NCBI GenBank assembly: GCA_963515505.1
Contig: CAUPXN010000001.1
Location: 1 to 53,436, forward strand
From: an uncultured Streptococcus sp.
GTDB taxonomy: Bacteria; Bacillota; Bacilli; Lactobacillales; Aerococcaceae
Direction: 5' to 3'
DNA: 53,436 bases
Below are positions 50,246 through 53,436 of the stretch, in pieces. The stretch's first letter is position 1; every line of letters starts with the position of its first letter. Position numbers and translations under genes: made by a program. The notes beneath the pieces were generated by a model. It was not told the origin of the DNA, ran no database searches, and saw nothing but the letters and a program-made list of their open reading frames with translations.

Positions 50246-50423
50246 GCAAGCTAAACTTTAATTAGGAAAGGTTAGATATCGCGTGTTTCTAAGCTTTTTA
50301 TACAGAAATAATATAAAAACGATATTGCTTGTTTAGCTGTGAACAGGTAGAATTTGTATAAATACGAGAAAAGAGATTGGAAAAAGTTATCAAAAAAATA
50401 TATGTGAAAGTGAGGGATATTAA

Positions 50424-53189
50424 ATGACGGGAGTAATGTTCACTCCAAACCAAAAATTAAAGGTATTTATTAGCTCTGCCTGTGGTAAAGGAGCAAATAA
50501 AGAAAAATACAATTATGTAAGGGAAGGATTAAAAGTATTAATTGAGGCGACAGGTTTGGCAGATGTATATGTTTTTGAATCAGAAGGAGCTTCAACAATT
50601 TCTGCTGAAAATCATTTTTCTTTTGCTTTACAGGATAGCAACATTTGCATCTTTATCATCGATAATAAAGATGGTGTGCCTCCAGGAGTTCAGAAAGAGG
50701 TAGAAGTAGTAAAAAAATTTAATATAAAATCATTATTCTATTTTTGTGATAAGCGAACAAAAAAAGAAACTCAATTGCAGAAAAGTCTTATGGGAGCAGA
50801 GTTTGCAAAGAGTGTTGTAGTGCATGATTTAAAAGAGGTGATAGGGAAAGCTGCGCAAGATTTGATAAATGATTTGGTTCTAGTTTATATGCATTATTGT
50901 AAAGGTAGCTTAAGTTGGATTAATAGTAGCAATGATAATAATCTGACTAAAACATCCTTGATTCAATTATCCACTTTTTCGGATAGTATTATGAAGAAGG
51001 AAGTCTTATCTAATGTGGATAAATGTTTTAACTATTTTACTAATTTGATATGGAAGAGAACGTTTAGAGAGAATACAGATACATCTAACTTGGATGAAAT
51101 GTGTGCCAAATTTCTCACTGTACTGTTTGAATCAGCAAGTTTTTCTAAGGAAGATATGAATCTATTTTTGGAGGAAATAGAAAAACATCAGAATCAACAT
51201 CATTTTGAAGTGACGAAAAAACGATTTGAAGCTATGTTTGAATATTTCAAAGGAAATCAAGAAGGTTGTTTATCGAGACTTAATGAGGCGTTGGTATTAT
51301 CAGAAAATGATTCTGTACCGAAATGGTTGAAAGATGATATATTAATTGATCTAAGAAACCAGAGTTATTCTTTTAATGAGAGTAATAATAATTATGAAGG
51401 AGAGTCTCAATATCAGAGGGAATTAATGAATGGAGAATATTTGATATATTATCCACAGTTAGATAGATCAAATAGTAATTTTCAAGAAAAAATTATTCTA
51501 GATTATATTAAAGGAAAAACAAAATCTTTGAATACTGAGATATACAGTAATACTCCTCTTGAAGAAATTGAATGTTTAGTCGGAATGTATATAGTAGCCT
51601 TATGTAATGGATCGTTGACTCAGATAGAAATGATATATAAAAGACTAAAATATTTTTGCTTCTATGAAATTTCTCAGCAGTTTGATTGGAATACAGCGAT
51701 GCTTCTATTAAAAACAACAATTCTAAGCAGTAACCGCGAAGAGTTGGATGGGATAGTGCGATTGTTTAGAGAAATTCATAAGATGGATTCAGACGATGCT
51801 CTGGATCTATACTATTTTACTAATAATACTCGTATTCCACACAAAAGATTTGCAGAGCAGTTAAAAATTTTTGGAATTGTGGCGTATTACTTTAATGATG
51901 ATATTTTTTCGGAAATTTGGGGAGAACTTTATGAGAGTATCTGTAAATGGATTGATACTGAAGGGGCCACTGTTTCCTTAGGGTATGAGATATTTTCTTC
52001 CCTTGAAAAAATTGGCTATAGAATTCCGCAAAATGATTTAATCAATATTATTTGCAAATCATTGAAAGGAAAATTAAGAATGTTCTATGACGAAATATTT
52101 AAATTAATTTACCATAGCGTGAATTTAAATATGGTTCAGAAAGAACAGCAAAATAATTTAATACAATGTGTAATAGAATTGGTATCTGATTCAAATGAAA
52201 GATCAAATATTCATAATTTAGATAATGCTCTTATTAGACTCAGAAATAATAACAAAGCTGTTACTGAAAAGTTAGATATGGTAATACAGAGTGAAATGCC
52301 AGAATTCTATAATGGTAATTATCGATTGGAGACAATATGCGTTCAGATTGAAGATATTAGAAGATTTGTTGCAGAGATTGAAGAAGACAATAAGAAACAA
52401 GGGAAGAATGGTGCTTATTATGGAAAAGCAATTAGACAACATTTAACTATTAAAAATATCTTAAAACGTAATACAAGTATACTCTCGACTGAATTAATTG
52501 ATGAAGTTTTTGAGAAATCGGTGGATACTGTACTGAATGAAAACCAGTTACTTTCCACTAAACTCGATGCGATTGAATTATTGGTGTATTTATTAGGATT
52601 TGATAAAAATATAAAAGAAAGAAATGCGATAAAAATTTCTGAATTGCTTAAGAAGAAAGAACAAGCATTAACTGCACAGACAATATTTACCAATCTAAAT
52701 GAATTGATGCTTAAAACCTCTATTTTAATCTTAGAATGTATACTAGAAGTTGATGTAAAGATGCAATTAATAAACAATTTGGCTATTATTGGAGATGATG
52801 GGTTAACAAATCGAAATGCTAGTAGGGCTTTTTTGAATTATATAGAATCATGTGATTTAAAGTTTATACAAGATGGACAATTGGAACAGTTGTTTATACT
52901 AAGTGCTATTAAATGGTGTAATCTACCAGATACACAAACTAGAATTAATGCAGTCAAGATTTTGTTTATTTTGTTGGATAACCCTTTAACTGTGGAAACT
53001 ATTTGTAACCAGCTAATCAGTTTAATGGATAATGATAATGTTTATATTAAAACAGAGATTTTATATAATCTTCCAAAGCTTCTTGAGGTGAATATAGAAT
53101 GTTATAATTTTATTCTGCAAAAAAGCGAAGAAGACTCTAATTTTATTGTTAAAGAAGAGGTAAAAAAAATAAACAGTAAAAATCAATAA
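50424..53189 (+). CDS. DUF4062 (TIR/NDT-like) N-terminal domain fused to long helical TPR/HEAT-like region
   Basis: KLKVFISS...VFE...SNICIFII...GVQKEV pattern at the N-terminus; C-terminal D.NVYIK..IL / DSNFIVK HEAT-like repeats; very AT-rich. Confidence 0.7.
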   Translation: MTGVMFTPNQKLKVFISSACGKGANKEKYNYVREGLKVLIEATGLADVYVFESEGASTISAENHFSFALQDSNICIFIIDNKDGVPPGVQKEVEVVKKFNIKSLFYFCDKRTKKETQLQKSLMGAEFAKSVVVHDLKEVIGKAAQDLINDLVLVYMHYCKGSLSWINSSNDNNLTKTSLIQLSTFSDSIMKKEVLSNVDKCFNYFTNLIWKRTFRENTDTSNLDEMCAKFLTVLFESASFSKEDMNLFLEEIEKHQNQHHFEVTKKRFEAMFEYFKGNQEGCLSRLNEALVLSENDSVPKWLKDDILIDLRNQSYSFNESNNNYEGESQYQRELMNGEYLIYYPQLDRSNSNFQEKIILDYIKGKTKSLNTEIYSNTPLEEIECLVGMYIVALCNGSLTQIEMIYKRLKYFCFYEISQQFDWNTAMLLLKTTILSSNREELDGIVRLFREIHKMDSDDALDLYYFTNNTRIPHKRFAEQLKIFGIVAYYFNDDIFSEIWGELYESICKWIDTEGATVSLGYEIFSSLEKIGYRIPQNDLINIICKSLKGKLRMFYDEIFKLIYHSVNLNMVQKEQQNNLIQCVIELVSDSNERSNIHNLDNALIRLRNNNKAVTEKLDMVIQSEMPEFYNGNYRLETICVQIEDIRRFVAEIEEDNKKQGKNGAYYGKAIRQHLTIKNILKRNTSILSTELIDEVFEKSVDTVLNENQLLSTKLDAIELLVYLLGFDKNIKERNAIKISELLKKKEQALTAQTIFTNLNELMLKTSILILECILEVDVKMQLINNLAIIGDDGLTNRNASRAFLNYIESCDLKFIQDGQLEQLFILSAIKWCNLPDTQTRINAVKILFILLDNPLTVETICNQLISLMDNDNVYIKTEILYNLPKLLEVNIECYNFILQKSEEDSNFIVKEEVKKINSKNQ

Positions 53190-53251
53190 TATTGAGAAAA
53201 TTTGATGGGATATAGTTTCATACGAATAAGCTTAAAAATGGAGGGCCTCTT

Positions 53252-53383
53252 ATGATAAGTTATGATTCAAAAGAAAAGATTAGTATTAACCCGATAATAA
53301 TATTGTTTTTCTTTTCTAAAATAACTAGGGCAGAAATTAAAAACTATAAACTTAGAGAGAATGATAAAAAAGAAGACCAAAAG
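53252..53383 (+). pseudogene. Gene start (44 codons) interrupted by IS
   Basis: GGAGGG RBS and ATG; frame stays open into the IS inverted repeat and stops at 53411-53413. Confidence 0.5.
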
Positions 53384-53436
53384 TGTACTGACCCCAAAAA
53401 GTTAGACAATTAATTTAAGCAAAGGATTTAGTTCTG
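53384..53436 (-). mobile_element. IS3-family (IS861/IS150-like) element right end, partial
   Basis: TGTACTGACCCCAAAAAGTTAGAC terminal IR; minus strand encodes ...RTKSFA* typical of the OrfB C-terminus. Confidence 0.82.

Noticed and set aside
53221..53228. TACGAATA cin-box (SigX) before the last ORF
   Set aside because: The same octamer occurs inside several coding regions here (purA, walH, msmK); no supporting competence context
46940..53255. GGCCTCTTATGA shared by the guaA start and the 53252 ORF start
   Set aside because: Only 12 bp, partly explained by RBS/ATG constraints; no further similarity

Overview
Origin-proximal chromosomal region of a low-GC Lactobacillales bacterium. Gene order and proteins are Enterococcus/Carnobacteriaceae-like; a Granulicatella-type organism is my inference, not a database result. 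The conserved core runs rpsR(3' end), three parS sites, gdpP, rplI, replicative helicase, purA, walRKHIJ, htrA, a DnaA-box cluster, rlmH and tRNA-Ser(CGA). It continues with msmK, dut-radA-yacL, SPFH/RHH, Zn ABC genes, MBL-TetR-AEC, purR, HAD/HD/LipL, CroRS-like, exoA-uvrA, rpiA, the mevalonate operon, coaA and guaA. Downstream of guaA is an AT-rich accessory region with several small orphan ORFs (one duplicated), a 921-aa DUF4062/TIR-like + helical-repeat protein and the end of an IS3-family element. The most notable signals outside the gene list are four. (1) A candidate ~80-nt sRNA between rlmH and tRNA-Ser has an exposed anti-Shine-Dalgarno loop, and its promoter shares a direct-repeat box and geometry with the htrA promoter. 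(2) Two families of structured intergenic repeats show compensatory base changes and are assembled into composite arrays. (3) The guaA-linked small ORFs look like a cassette/immunity-type array. (4) The 921-aa gene is a candidate anti-phage gene.
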